Of a stretch of 64,000 nucleotides of DNA, positions 12,586 to 24,595 are shown in pieces. Numbering within the stretch: the stretch's first letter is position 1; each line of letters starts with the position of its first letter. The stretch spans positions 5,084,001 through 5,148,000 of the forward strand of contig JAQFVV010000007.1 in NCBI GenBank assembly GCA_028023455.1. The letters are read 5' to 3'. The notes under the pieces were generated by a model. That model was not told the origin of the DNA and made no database searches. It saw only the letters and a program-made list of their open reading frames with translations. This DNA is from Epiperipatus broadwayi (Eukaryota; Animalia; Onychophora). Position numbers and translations under genes: made by a program.

Positions 12586-14309
12586 TTATGATATATTGTG
12601 ATCAGTGAAGTTAACAAAAAATCCATATGCTATATAAAATAACATATTAAAAAATACTATAAATGAAAGTTTTAGTGGGATAATAAAAAGCATTTCTTTT
12701 ACCTCATTCAGACAAATGTATATAAAGTCATAGTAATGGTAAAACACAGGTACATTATTGACAGTTTCCTGTTATTAGTTTTTCTCAATAAAAACCACAG
12801 TGTTTTCTGACATAAAAATTGGACATGGAGCAATTGCAAAATGTATAATGTAGTTACTTCTGTATTAAAGAGAAATTGTTTTAGTCATCCAGTCATCTTT
12901 AAATACTGATATTTTAGCTTTATTCTTTTCCACTAACTTTCTGTCACCCAGTATACTTAACTCTTCACAAGCACTCTTGATGTTTAATATTAAATTAATT
13001 TTACTTCATTATACATGCGATGGTTAACTTCATTACCAACTCCTTTACATTTACTAACATATCTTTCTACATTAATCAGCTATTGGTACTAATAATGTTT
13101 TTCTGCTGTCCACAAACTACTATGTGTCAATGACACAATTAATTGTGAAGATGAGTCTTTACCTTATATACTAGACCTGTTTGCAGTTATGTCACTTCTA
13201 TTGTATTATTTATGAAATACAATTTTTTATTTATATTAAATTATTCACCATCTATTTGTTCTGCCCACATCTCATTCTCTTTGCTACATTGCACTATCCA
13301 AGCCGCAAGTTTTGATTTAATTATCCCAGGTAATTTTGCAGTTAGGCTAGATGACATTATCAACCTCATTATCTTTCCATTTTATTTTTTAAATTATTGA
13401 AACTTTCTATGGCTATTGTATGATTAGATGTCAAGTTGCTAATCAACGATATCTGTAATCAGAATTTCCTTTTTATTTCAATAATCTCATAAATAATGAT
13501 TCTACTGACATAAAGGCTGTCTTTACCATGTATTATTACTTTTAAAAAAAAGTTTAAATTTTTTGCTAAAAGTAAAAAGAATTTTTTTCAATCTCTCTAC
13601 AATCACTAATTTGATTGACAGTCATAACTAATCTGAAGTTTTGTATACTACTAAAACAACTCTTCTCTTGTGATGACTTTCAGTCTGCACTTACTGTTTT
13701 GTGGCTGATGCTGTAATCCTACAATATCAAGATGTCATATATTAAAATTATGCTTTTAAAAAAAGTAGAGAAATCGGGAAGACATCATAGATAGGTATAT
13801 AAAATTTCTACTGACTTGCTTTTGGTATAATAATCTTTCTGCATAAAACGTCATGTTAAATTCAATATTCACAAATATAAAAGTTTGCATATGATTTCCA
13901 TGCTAGTATCATCATTGCTTAGGATAGTCACATTTAAAAAAAAGGCAAAAATGATACATGAATATATGGTAAGTAGTGTGCTATTACTAACAATTTTACG
14001 TATTTCAAAAGTTTTAAGAAAGTGCCAATTATTCTAAAAACATTTAACAAGAAATATTAATCATAATAGAAATAATCGAATGATTACTAAATTGGCATCT
14101 CCCACGCTTCCAGACAAAACAATATAAAATTGCATCCCATTTTATAAAGCATTTTGTAAAATTATATTTTAGCAATTAATCTCTTCTGTCTGCATTCATA
14201 AATCATTATATTACTGCCTTTCCTGTTGTATCAAATTTTTCTTAGCTCTTTTCTAGTCATATTATTCTATTAATTAGGCATCATTTTTTTATATATTTCT
14301 CCATCTAAT

Positions 14310-14710
14310 ATCAGAAAAGAAATTGCCTTAAGGAAACTATAAAAAGTGTTAAAGAGATTGGACTTTTCAGAAAGTTAAAATATATATTCACCACCTAATT
14401 CTCAACTAAGATCAATGAAGTATCTACAAACAAAAAAATTATCGCATAAAAATGAAATTCTTATGAAGTCTCCAACACAAATTTATTTTTCCAGATTTGA
14501 TAGTAAATCTTGTTAGATTTGATCTTCCTAAATATTACTGGAATACCACTAACAAATTCAGTTTTAACTCATGGTCATTGCACTCATCTACTTCATAAAT
14601 GGAATTTAACATCAACTAACATATATATGTGGACTAACACAATAGTTGATGATTATCAAACCTATGGTTACATGGACAGAATTTAAGAACTTAATAAAGC
14701 CAATAGTGAA
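14310..14710 (+). mobile_element. 3' fragment of a Vingi-like LINE
   Basis: Decayed translation FDLPKYYWNTTNKF then HGHCTHLLHKWNLTST matches the C-terminal FDLPR-W-LNR-R-GHGRC-LLHKW motif of the LINE at 16.5-23.3 kb. Confidence 0.55.
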
Positions 14711-15846
14711 TCTATCCTCTAGGAGGAGTCCCTAAAAGTTCTTTTATGTTGTCCTGTTAATATTTAATCTGCCTAAAAAATCTCTACACTAAATAAATAA
14801 ATATCAAGGACTAACTACAAAATTCTATTTTATCTTAAGAAAACTATTCCATCCTTTTAAAGAAAATATTTACCAGAAATTCTTTAGCTTGAATCATCTT
14901 GGAAAGCTAAATCAGTCATTTTTGCTAAGATTGACTGGACCATACTATACTTCAACACATCTTGAAAAATATGATTTTTATGCAGGGAATTATCATTGAA
15001 AAATATATTGATTAGTATTCCAACATCATATTTGCTCAACACAAGGGCTATTTGCTCCATCGTACTTTGTATAACTTTTTTTTTCCATTTCATCATCATC
15101 TATTTATTTTTAAAAATTAATGTTTTCTATTCCTTGTTTTTACATAAATTTTCCAGTTCTCTGCTTATGCTACTTTTGTATGCTTAAAATGTGGATTCAA
15201 ATAGTAAGAAATTATAACAAGCCAAAGTTTCTTTTTCTACATTTGAGATACTTTTCTTTTGTTCATTTTTATTGATATTGATGATGAAATATAATTGCCA
15301 TTTTCAAAGTTAATATCATTCAGCTATTCTTAGCATCTTTCATGAGTTTCAAAATTTTATAGGCTTTTGAAACCACTCTCCAAGTTTTCACTAAAGCAAT
15401 TATTCATTGGAAATTCTTTTGACTACTTCTCTCTGCATTCGTGTTTTTTTTTAAAACTTATTTAAGATTCATTGGAGTTGCCATCTAAATAAAAATGATT
15501 TATAAATTCAATAACAAAATTAATGTTTATTTATCTAGAATTTATCCTTTAATAAAATATTGTCTTATTAGTATCATTCATGATAGCCAATTACTTTTTC
15601 AGTTTCTGGGTGGGTTTCACAACATAAGATTAATTCACTAGTCAAGTCTTACATTTACAGCGATTTTTCTCATATTTTTCCAATTTAAAACAATTTATCT
15701 TCCAATTTTCAATGTTTGTCCTATATTTTTTCAAGATTTGCTTATATTAATTCTTCAATCAATTCATTCAATCCAAACATTCATTATTTCTGAGGGGCTA
15801 TGATTTGGATTTATTGATAATATCTATTTTTGATTGATGTGGGTAC

Positions 15847-16075
15847 CATCATCAGATTTTCAATGAAATGGATGGCTGAAGAGTTGTGTGTTGGAGTAGT
15901 TTAAAATCTGTCCATTAAAGTATGAAGATTGGCTATCTTAATATAAAGCTGGGTACTGATTGTATTTTATGTGTGGAGATAGTAATCTGGAACAACTGAT
16001 GATTGCTGGTTTAGCAATATGAGATGGCATGGAGAGTTGAGAGCTATGTGAAAATCTGAGTTCAAATCACTTATA
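15847..16075 (+). repeat. Copy of hammerhead repeat family B, ribozyme truncated after helix II
   Basis: Homologous to 24325-24590. Contains CAACTGATGA-TTGCT-GGTTT-AGCAA joined directly to the tail ending GAGTTCAAATC. Confidence 0.75.
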
Positions 16076-16089
16076 TATTTTTGATTAAG

Positions 16090-16420
16090 AAAATTTATGG
16101 TTCAGAAAAACCAAAGAAAAGGCTATGATTACATATTCAAAATCTTGATAATCCTCAAACTTTCTTTTCAATTTTATGAATTTCTGGCCATTCTCTTTAA
16201 TAACTAACTTGAAGGTACCAAGCATCTATATTTTTCATTCATGTAGCAGTGTTTTAAAAGTCTATATATTCTTTTATTGGTTGGGCTTCTTCAGATCCTC
16301 TATTGTGCATAATCAAGAATCAGCTTTTACATGGTAAAATTTCTTGGTAGTTCTATGATGTCTAAAATCCACTAGTCTGTCTTTGTTAATATTTTTTTAT
16401 CCTTATCATGTTTCATATGA
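16090..16420 (-). mobile_element. Highly decayed RTE-like 3' fragment
   Basis: Broken translation with RQTSGF*DIIE and RMARNS*NWKESL resembles RTE C-termini. Confidence 0.35.
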
Positions 16421-17497
16421 TCTTATAGTGATTGATAGGTGGGTTGGAGTATGACTAATATTTTTGACTTTTTTTTTGTATTGTTAAAAGATTGTAAAAT
16501 ATATATTCTTTAATCAAAATTATTAAAATTAAATTGTAATATTAATGATACTGATTTATTCATTTAGCAAATGGTGTCAGAACATTAACATTCAACACCA
16601 ATAGTTCTTAACTAATCAAAAGCCAACTCTCCATGTTATGTATAGCAAAGAGGCCAATAAGGACCTGGTAAATTGGAAACTCACTGTAAATATAGTTTGT
16701 GGTCTTTCACACTTACTGTTTGGAGAATTTATAAATCTTAAGATATTCAACATATAATGACATCCATCTTGGCCTGCTCTAATTCTGTTAATTTTTGCCC
16801 ATAGTTTTCTTGAAAGAGAAAAATCAGATACTCAAAGAATAGGATCAGCTAGTAGAATATGATTATTTATATTGGTTTTTAAAGTCATGTGTCCACATTC
16901 TGTTGATATCAATTGTGGATAGCTGCTGAAAATTGCCAATAAACCAAAAAGACTGCCTTGGTATTTAGTTTACTGTTTAATATTAGATTGGTTGGATGAT
17001 TCAATAGCTCAATAAGCTTGTTGAATTAATAGATAGTTGCCAACTGCAACTGAGCTTAGCTGAAGGAATATCTGAGAGTATAACTAACCATTTTACTGAT
17101 GTTTATTTCAGAGTGCCAAAAATAATATGCAAGCTTCTATTAATCTGAGTATCCATAAGATTAGTATTTTTATTTCTGTACCATAATAAAGAGCAGTTCT
17201 CAGCCACAGAGTAAACAAGTGCTAGTTCAGATATTCTAAGGATGTCAGCATTACAATTCCATGTGGTGCCTGCAAGCTTGGAAATAATATTATTCCTGGT
17301 GGTACATTTATTTTTTATATCAGTAAAATAGATTTAAAGGAAAGAGTTCTGATGCAATTTAATTCCAAAATATTTTGTGTGTGATTGATTTGTAACTTTG
17401 TAGTTATAGAAATTATCATTATATATTAGGAAAAAGTGGAGAAATCAGGAGGAACCTCATTGATAAGCATATGAAATTTCTATTGACTGTTGCCTTT

Positions 17498-17715
17498 GTC
17501 AGGATAGCTCAGCTAGTTAGAGCTTTACCTTAAAATTCTATAATCAAGAATCTAAGGATTTAGGTTCAAATCCCATGCTAATACTGTCACTGGGCAGGCT
17601 GGCAACACCTGAAAAGAGGGGATAATAATACTTCTTGAAATGTTGTGCATGTACTAAACTGTTTGATGTTTTATTACTACCAGTTAAATGTATTTGGAAT
17701 ATTTAAATAAAGTTA
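17498..17715 (+). mobile_element. tRNA-derived SINE-like insert with a decayed hammerhead motif (family E)
   Basis: A-box TAGCTCAGCTAGTTAG (17505-17520) and B-box GGTTCAAATCCC (17563-17574). Then CAC-CTGAAAA-GAGGGG-loop-CTTCTT-GAAA-TGTT-GTG (17606-17647) and AATAAA (17706-17711). Lies inside the gap in the LINE. Confidence 0.6.
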
Positions 17716-18617
17716 CATTTTTTAAAGACATTCAATATGCATATTAGTTGATGGAAATAGTCCAATATAAAAATAAAACTAGAACACCATCATTGCAAAC
17801 CTTCAGGAAAACACCAATATATAGGAGTTATTTATTTATATAGCACTATGTTTCTATGTTTCTATAGCAGTCATTAAGTATCACTCCACTACACATGAAC
17901 TGTATACATTTAAACATTTTTGCTAGATTTTTATTGAGGTGAAGACAAGTGGAAACTGATTGATTAGCCTTGAGATGTCAACAAATGAAATAATCCTCAA
18001 GTACCTTTAAATCAGATTTTAGGTTTTTTTCAAATTCACTGAAAGCAAGTGCAATGTCATCATTATAGATGAATTGTTTTGAAGCTGTACTAGGATGATC
18101 GTGAATGTATCAGTAGAAAAGAATTGGTGAGAGAATAGATTTCTATTGTAGACCATTTTTAGTTGTGTAAGTTTTTCTGATGTTGTGACTAAGAACAATC
18201 CTAATTTTTCTATCCTTGAGGAAAGTAGATATGCATTTTTGATGACCTTGCTCAGTTTGTATATCAGCCCCTTCCTCCAAACAGTATCAAAAGCAGAGCT
18301 AAGATTAATGAATATAGTACCTGTTTTGTAACAAAGTTGAAAAATATCCTTAATAAGTATAATAAGTGAATGAAACCTGATTATAACTGTTATGACCTGG
18401 CTGAACCCATTCTGTTTTATAGATGAATCAGGCTCAAGAATTGGTGATAGCAGTGCCAAAAGAAGTCATCCAAAAAGTTTATAAGTGCAGCTGAGGAGAG
18501 AAATATGATAAAAGTTTTTAACAGAATTTGATAACTTACCTGATTTAAAAATGGAAATAATTTTGGCCAATTTCCAACTGTCAAGTATATAACCACAAAA
18601 TATTTATATAAAGAGTG

Positions 18618-21600
18618 TGTCATATCTCACATTGTCTTCAAATAATGGATTAGTCCACATTCTGTCTTATTTAGTTTGGATTCAGCATTTATCACTATGA
18701 ATCTATGCATATATGGGTAGATAATGCATAACCAATGGCAATAACAGGCTAGTAGGAAATGATGTTCACTGAATCCAAATGTTTTCATTAGAGATAGAGA
18801 TCTGGTAAAATAAGTCAGTATTGTTGAAGGTAGGGTCAGAGATCTATTGTCAACAGCAGTATATACATTCTCCCAGAAAACTGTTATCAAACCTGAAAGA
18901 CAGAATACACATTCTCCAAACAATAGCTATCAAGCTAAATGGATGACACAGCGAGAGAAGTCCACATTTAGGCTGGAACCTGTTATAATCAAACATTGGC
19001 ATGAAGTAAGCTGTCAAATACAGCTGGAAGTATCATCATGTCTACTCATGAGGCAGACTGGCAAAATATAGCTGGTAATGATAGGGAAATCTACAAGAGT
19101 AAATGAAGTCCCTTTCATAGTTCATCCTAGAACAAGGAGCTATATGACACCAAATTATAACAGGGAAAGCATAGCCATTGTAAAATATAAATATGAGTGT
19201 ATATTTGTTTTTATAATTGGTAATAAATATAATATATTAGAAACATATTTACATACATTTGTATTTATTTTGAGTCTGTGATTATTAAGGCACATATATA
19301 ATCCAGACAAAACACAATAGATTTGATGCAGTTGAAAAAATGAACATTTTTTTCCCACAGATGGAAAAAAAATTTTAAATGACAAAATCTTGCCCTTTGT
19401 CATTAGTCAAAAAAAATTGACCACAAATATTATTGGTGAATCGATAAAATGTTTTTAAAAATCAAATGAGAGTGAAACTCTCCCCAGTGAGTTGTTCCTT
19501 TTGTCTTGAATCAAAGATGTATAAGTTATACAAACAGTAGCTTGTCAAATAAAGCTTAAAAATCAATTTGAGTGGTCACTCTCACAAATAAAAAAGTATT
19601 TTTTTCCTTTTGTAGCATAAAGAAGAAAAAGATAAAATAAAAATGGCTAAAATTGGCTCAATTGAAGAATTTGATCTAGTCTATTCAGATAATTGGCTAA
19701 GCTATAAGAATGAGTAATCTTCTATTTGCAGGCTAATCAAATACAAAAGCCTGAGTTAAAATTAACCACACTCACATCTATTATTGGATCTCGAACTTAT
19801 AAAGTCCTTAAACCCTAACAACCATTGAAATGAGTGCTGATTTTGATAAAGCATGGTGTTTTCTAACTAACTGTTTCACCCCAAACCTCCTAACAATAAT
19901 GCTGAAATACTATTTCAATCTCTGTACACAAGGGAAAGAAAAAAGCTAGAAATTTTGCTATTACCTTTAAAAAACTGCATTTAAATTTTCAATTTTAAAG
20001 ACTTTCTTAATGAGTTCTGCAAAATTTTATTTCTGGAATAAGAAACCACAGTTTTAGGGTCACATTCCTAATGGATTCTGTCATAACATTGGATTTCATT
20101 TTGACTCAAGTTACTCTTCTGGAATCAACACTTAGTTAAGCAAAACCATTGAAAAAAATCGATTATAGCATTCAAACCATTGAGCAAAAGATTGGGTTAG
20201 TCAAACACGTGGGTGATAATAAACATCACTGCCCTCAAAAATCAATAACAATGAGTATGAAGCATTGTTATAAATATGACCAATCAATACATGCATACAC
20301 TAAATGTCCACACTGATACACAATGTATACACATTGCAAGCATGTCAACTAAATAAAAGTCGATTCTTTTACACAAAAACAAGTTGCTAATAATTGAATG
20401 GATGGGTCTATTCCAATGAGCCAGAAAGTCAATTTAAAATCTAAGAAACAAAGTGCCAGTACAAACATTGTTAAAGGCATTGGCTCTACTTTTAAATGCA
20501 GAATATTTATTAACAATATACCTGTAACAAAGGAACTGGACACTGGGTTTGTAGTGCTCATTGTGACAAAAAAGAACATGGGCTATTACTAATATAAATA
20601 ATAAATATCAGCAGCATCCTACCAAAAAAACAATTTGTGATTATCAAGCAATCTAGATGCATTCTGGGGTCAGTCAGGAGTGAAAGTTACAATGATCAAA
20701 AAACTATATATCTGCCTCTTGTATTAGGATGATATTGGTTTACTCACTTAAGTTTTACACTACTAAAGTGAACAGCTCACAACAATAAATTCAAACAGAG
20801 TATACCCACAAATAGTTATTAATAATTCAGGTTTGAATCCTAAAAAATGTATGAAATCAAAAGTAAAAAAGTGGAAAGGTACTCATATATTATGCCATAT
20901 GTTTAAGGGAAACAACAAATGGTTCCAGCAGTGGTGAACAGAAACCAACTAAGGTTAAATGACATTTACCAACCATCAACAAAACATCAGTTGATAAAAA
21001 GTTGCAAGCCAACAGTGCTGCATCATCAACCAACTGTGATGAACCTACAGTTCCAATACCAGCCATCAGAAAATCCTTATCAAATGACAGAGCTGCTAGA
21101 CAACAGCAAGTCATCAACAAGCCTACAGTTCCAGGATCTCCAAATGATGACAATTCTGAGCTTGCAGATGAAGACACCAAGCCTAATGAAACAACCAAAT
21201 GAAGAAGATGCTTCCCAACATATCTGCATGATTACCTTGTCCAGGGTTAATTATAGCCAAGCCAAGGGAATGTCATATTTCACCTTGCCTTCAAGTAATG
21301 AACTAGCCAGATTCCATCTTATCAGACTGAGCATTCATCACAGATGAACAAATGCATATACAAATAGATAATGTAGAGCCAGTCATAACAACAAACCAAT
21401 AGGCAATGATGCCAACTGAATCTAAATTACAGTATAAATGTTCTCCAGAAAACTGCTGTCAAACCTGAAAGATAGAATGCACATTTCCCAGATGATAGCT
21501 ATCAAAGCTAAATGATTGATGCATTGAGTTAAGTCCACCTTCAGGACTGGAAGCTTCTAGAACAAAACATTGGCATAAAGTAAGTTGTCAAGTACATCTT

Positions 21601-21860
21601 AAAGTGTCACTGTACCTACTCATGAGGCAGACTGCAAGATACAGTTGGAAGTGGTAGAAAAATCTATAAGAACACATGCAATTCTTTCATCCACAGTTCA
21701 CCTAGAAGTAGAAGCTATATTTCATTAAATTGTAGCACACAGAGCATAACCACATTAGAATGTAAATATGAGTCTATATTTGTATTCATTTCACTAGTAA
21801 ATATATTATTAAATGTTTTTACATGTTTGTATATATATATAAAACCATATATAAACATAA
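18618..21860 (+). mobile_element. Non-autonomous Gypsy (K02A2.6/Mag-like gag), copy 1: LTR-gag-PR-INT tail-LTR
   Basis: Diverged LTRs at 18618-~19316 and 21271-~21860, both starting TGTCATAT. PBS remnant TGATGCAGTTGA at 19324. gag MAKIGSIEEFDLVYSDNWLSY at 19643, decayed CCHC knuckle ~20265, protease ELDTG at 20533, PPT CAAGGGAA. The LINE frame resumes on both sides. Confidence 0.85.
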
Positions 21861-23959
21861 TAGTATGGCAAATCATTTAATTGTTTTATCATCCATTTTA
21901 AAAACTCAGATAAGATATCATCCACATATGCAACTCTTCCAGCTTTGGTGAACCCAAGTGCATTAACTAATTTCTTTAAAGAAAATTTCTCCACTTATGT
22001 GAGTTTTATTTTACAAATGTTGATTCAAATTCCATGGAGAGGAATTCTAGTTTCCTGATTTGTACTTTGCAATGTCATAAGGTAAAATTTCATATGTTGT
22101 GTGGTAGATTTTTAATACCACCCAGTATGTAAAGGTGGTTCCAAGATTTTTTTACTTGAATGGGCAAAGTTCAGATTTTCAACAGTTCTGATCCATCTTG
22201 ATTTTCTGTAATTATCAAGAAACTCTAGCAATGAATCTGTCACTACTGGATCTCCATTTTTCTCATGAGGAGTTCTTCACGCCTTCAATCCCAAAAAGGG
22301 GTTTAAGATTTATGAAAACCTTGGGGAAAGGACTTTTTAGCAGCTTATTTAATATGAGCATTAAGCCTTTGAATGGGATAGGCATATGGAGGAATTCTAT
22401 TTAGTTATTTTTTACATAAGTACTAAAATGGATCAGTTTTCCTTGTTTAAGTTCCAATGAATAATGGGATTGCAATGAATCAAAGGAACTATGAATCCAA
22501 TGCAAGTGATAACTGATGAGAGCTGGGTTTTGGCAAACCTAGGGAAGAATTTTCTAGTCATTGGAATACTATTAAAAAGTTACAAACATGTGATCTGTTC
22601 CACCTGACTGAGAAAAGGTACCTGACTGTCTTGCATCATAGACAAGGTGAAAATTATTAATCTGCATCCAAGCAATGAAATTGTCTCTAGATTTGGAAGT
22701 AAAGCCATAAGCCCAAGATTTATTTGTAAGTTAACTTCTTCAATTATAACTAATAGATGGATGGAAGAAGAGAGTTTGAATTTATTACAAGCTAGGTTTG
22801 GAGGTTTATATACATTGAAGATGCAAGCATCATCAATCCTGACTTCAATTAATAAGTTTGTTTTTCAAGATTATTGGGTGAGAGGTTGATATTTGATCTC
22901 ACAAAGATGTCAAGCTAATTGTGAAATATTTGTAGCCAATCAAACTGATTTCAGGAATTTTGAGTCTGTGACTATTAGTGTTATGAATATGGATTTTTTG
23001 AAAAGCCAAAGCATAAATGCAGTTTTTCAAACATGTTTTGAAATAATTTCATTCTTGGACTTTGTTAGGCCTTCTATGTTGAGTTGATAGATAGAAAAAC
23101 ACTACCAATGTTTCTCTTGCAATTGTCACTAGTTCTTAAAGTTAGACAGAAGAAGGGTTCCATGAGTGTTCAAGTCATGTAGTCATACATTACTTTTGAA
23201 ACCACTGACATTCCTCTTCTAACCCAAAGGTAGCTAGCTATCTTCCATAGTACTGCTGCAATTTCCTTTGCTATTTATTGACTTGAGGTTCATATTAAAG
23301 AAACATGGAGATGTGCTGACATAACCAGGACTTCTTAATTATTATTAAAAAATACCAATTCATAATTGCTGAACCAATACCTCTATGTAAATATTTAACA
23401 GAATGGTTCAACATAATGCAGTAATATAAATTAGCGCCATCATACTATGTAATTAATTTTTACTGTCTTTTGAGCCATTTAATTATTATCAAGTCATTCA
23501 ACACAGATTCCTGGTTATCAAGTAAATATGATTTCTACAGAATGATCTACCATCTTTTTGTTTTTTCCAGGATGCTTGAATACTTATTCATTATTGACCC
23601 ATTCATTATTGCTTGCAATACCTTCCATCTTTTTATACCAATCTCAATCACAATAGACTTTTGTTCATAAAAAATGATAATTAAACATTTAATTGCTTGG
23701 GAGTTCATAAAAAGTGCAAGTATTAAGTGTTAGAGTTGGCCCACTCCACCACAGCACCAACACTAGAGAACTGAATTATCATATAATGAGATCAAGTTAA
23801 TATTATTTCAACTTGCCATGTATACTTTAAGAATTAAATTTCTAATCTGATCACAAACTCACTGGTTCAGCTTTTTATTGCCCATAGAATTCTTTAAAAT
23901 CTCCCTAAATTGATATAATATTTGAAATACAGGCACATTCTTATACCTGGAACTTAATT

Positions 23960-24595
23960 GTAAATATAGTGGATTTGAATTCATACTTTCAAGTAACCTT
24001 CAACTATCCACACTATCTCATACTACTGATACACATGACCACACAATGCAAAAAGATAAATAATTACCAATATACTATTTTGTTCTAAATTAGCACTCAT
24101 CAGTTGGTCCAGATTATCATCCCCCACACACACACACATATATAATCAGTGCTCAGTTTATATTAAGATAGCAAATCTTTATACTTTGGTGGACAGGCTT
24201 AATCTACTCCAACATCCAACTCTTCAGCCATCTAGACCATTGAAAATCTGATGATAGACTGCCCAAATTCCATGCTGATGCCAATATTGTCATTATGCCC
24301 ATGTTGATCTCAAGTCAATGGAGTGGATGTTTGAAGAGTTGGAGGTTGGAGTAGATTGAAGCATGTCCATTAAAGTATAAATATTTGCTATCTTATAATA
24401 TAATAAACTGAGCACTGGTTATATGTGTGTGGGAGATGATAATTTGGACCAACTGATGAGTGCTGGTTCAGCATGAAATACATATATTGGTGATTATATT
24501 TTTTTTACATGTGTGTGGTCATGTGTATCAGTAGTATGAGATAGTGTGGATAGTTGAAGGTTGCTTGAAAATCTGAGTTCAAATCCCCTACATCT
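23960..24595. repeat. ~635-bp fold-back (arms ~23960-24235 and ~24325-24595) of hammerhead repeat family B
   Basis: The arms are reverse complements, e.g. GCACTCATCAGTTGGTCC at 24093 and GGACCAACTGATGAGTGC at 24446. Confidence 0.9.
24448..24491 (+). ncRNA. Type I minimal hammerhead ribozyme motif (family B)
   Basis: ACCAA-CUGAUGA-GUGCU(GGUUC)AGCAU-GAA-AUA(CA)UAU-A-UUGGU. All core nucleotides are present, helix I has 5 bp and helix II 5 bp. Predicted cleavage after 24486. Confidence 0.8.

Larger units (their letters stand above)
16555..23335 (-). mobile_element. Near full-length single-ORF LINE (APE endonuclease-RT-C-terminal domain), Vingi/Ingi-like, interrupted at ~17430-18005 and 18618-21860
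   Basis: EN start (QL)NIEGLTKSKNEII near 23080. FSLKKL and YVDDILSEFLK at 21990-21900. KIISIFKSGK, ISLLSCTYKLF, FINLSSAFDTVWRKGLIYKL and FIYNDDIAL at 18600-18040. KYFGIKL and TRNNIISKLAGTTW at 17400-17150. LNRIRAGQG near 16790. No ORF1 or RNase H seen. The clade name is from recalled motifs, not a search. Confidence 0.85.

Noticed and set aside
17498-17585. Functional tRNA gene
   Set aside because: No acceptor stem or anticodon arm can be paired; only the promoter boxes remain.
20919-21347. 142-aa and overlapping ORFs as a host gene
   Set aside because: They lie in the low-complexity integrase tail and LTR start of Gypsy copy 1.
23140-23335. HDV-like ribozyme or 2A peptide at the LINE 5' end
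   Set aside because: Known from Ingi-group elements, but the sequence is too decayed to pair or translate convincingly.
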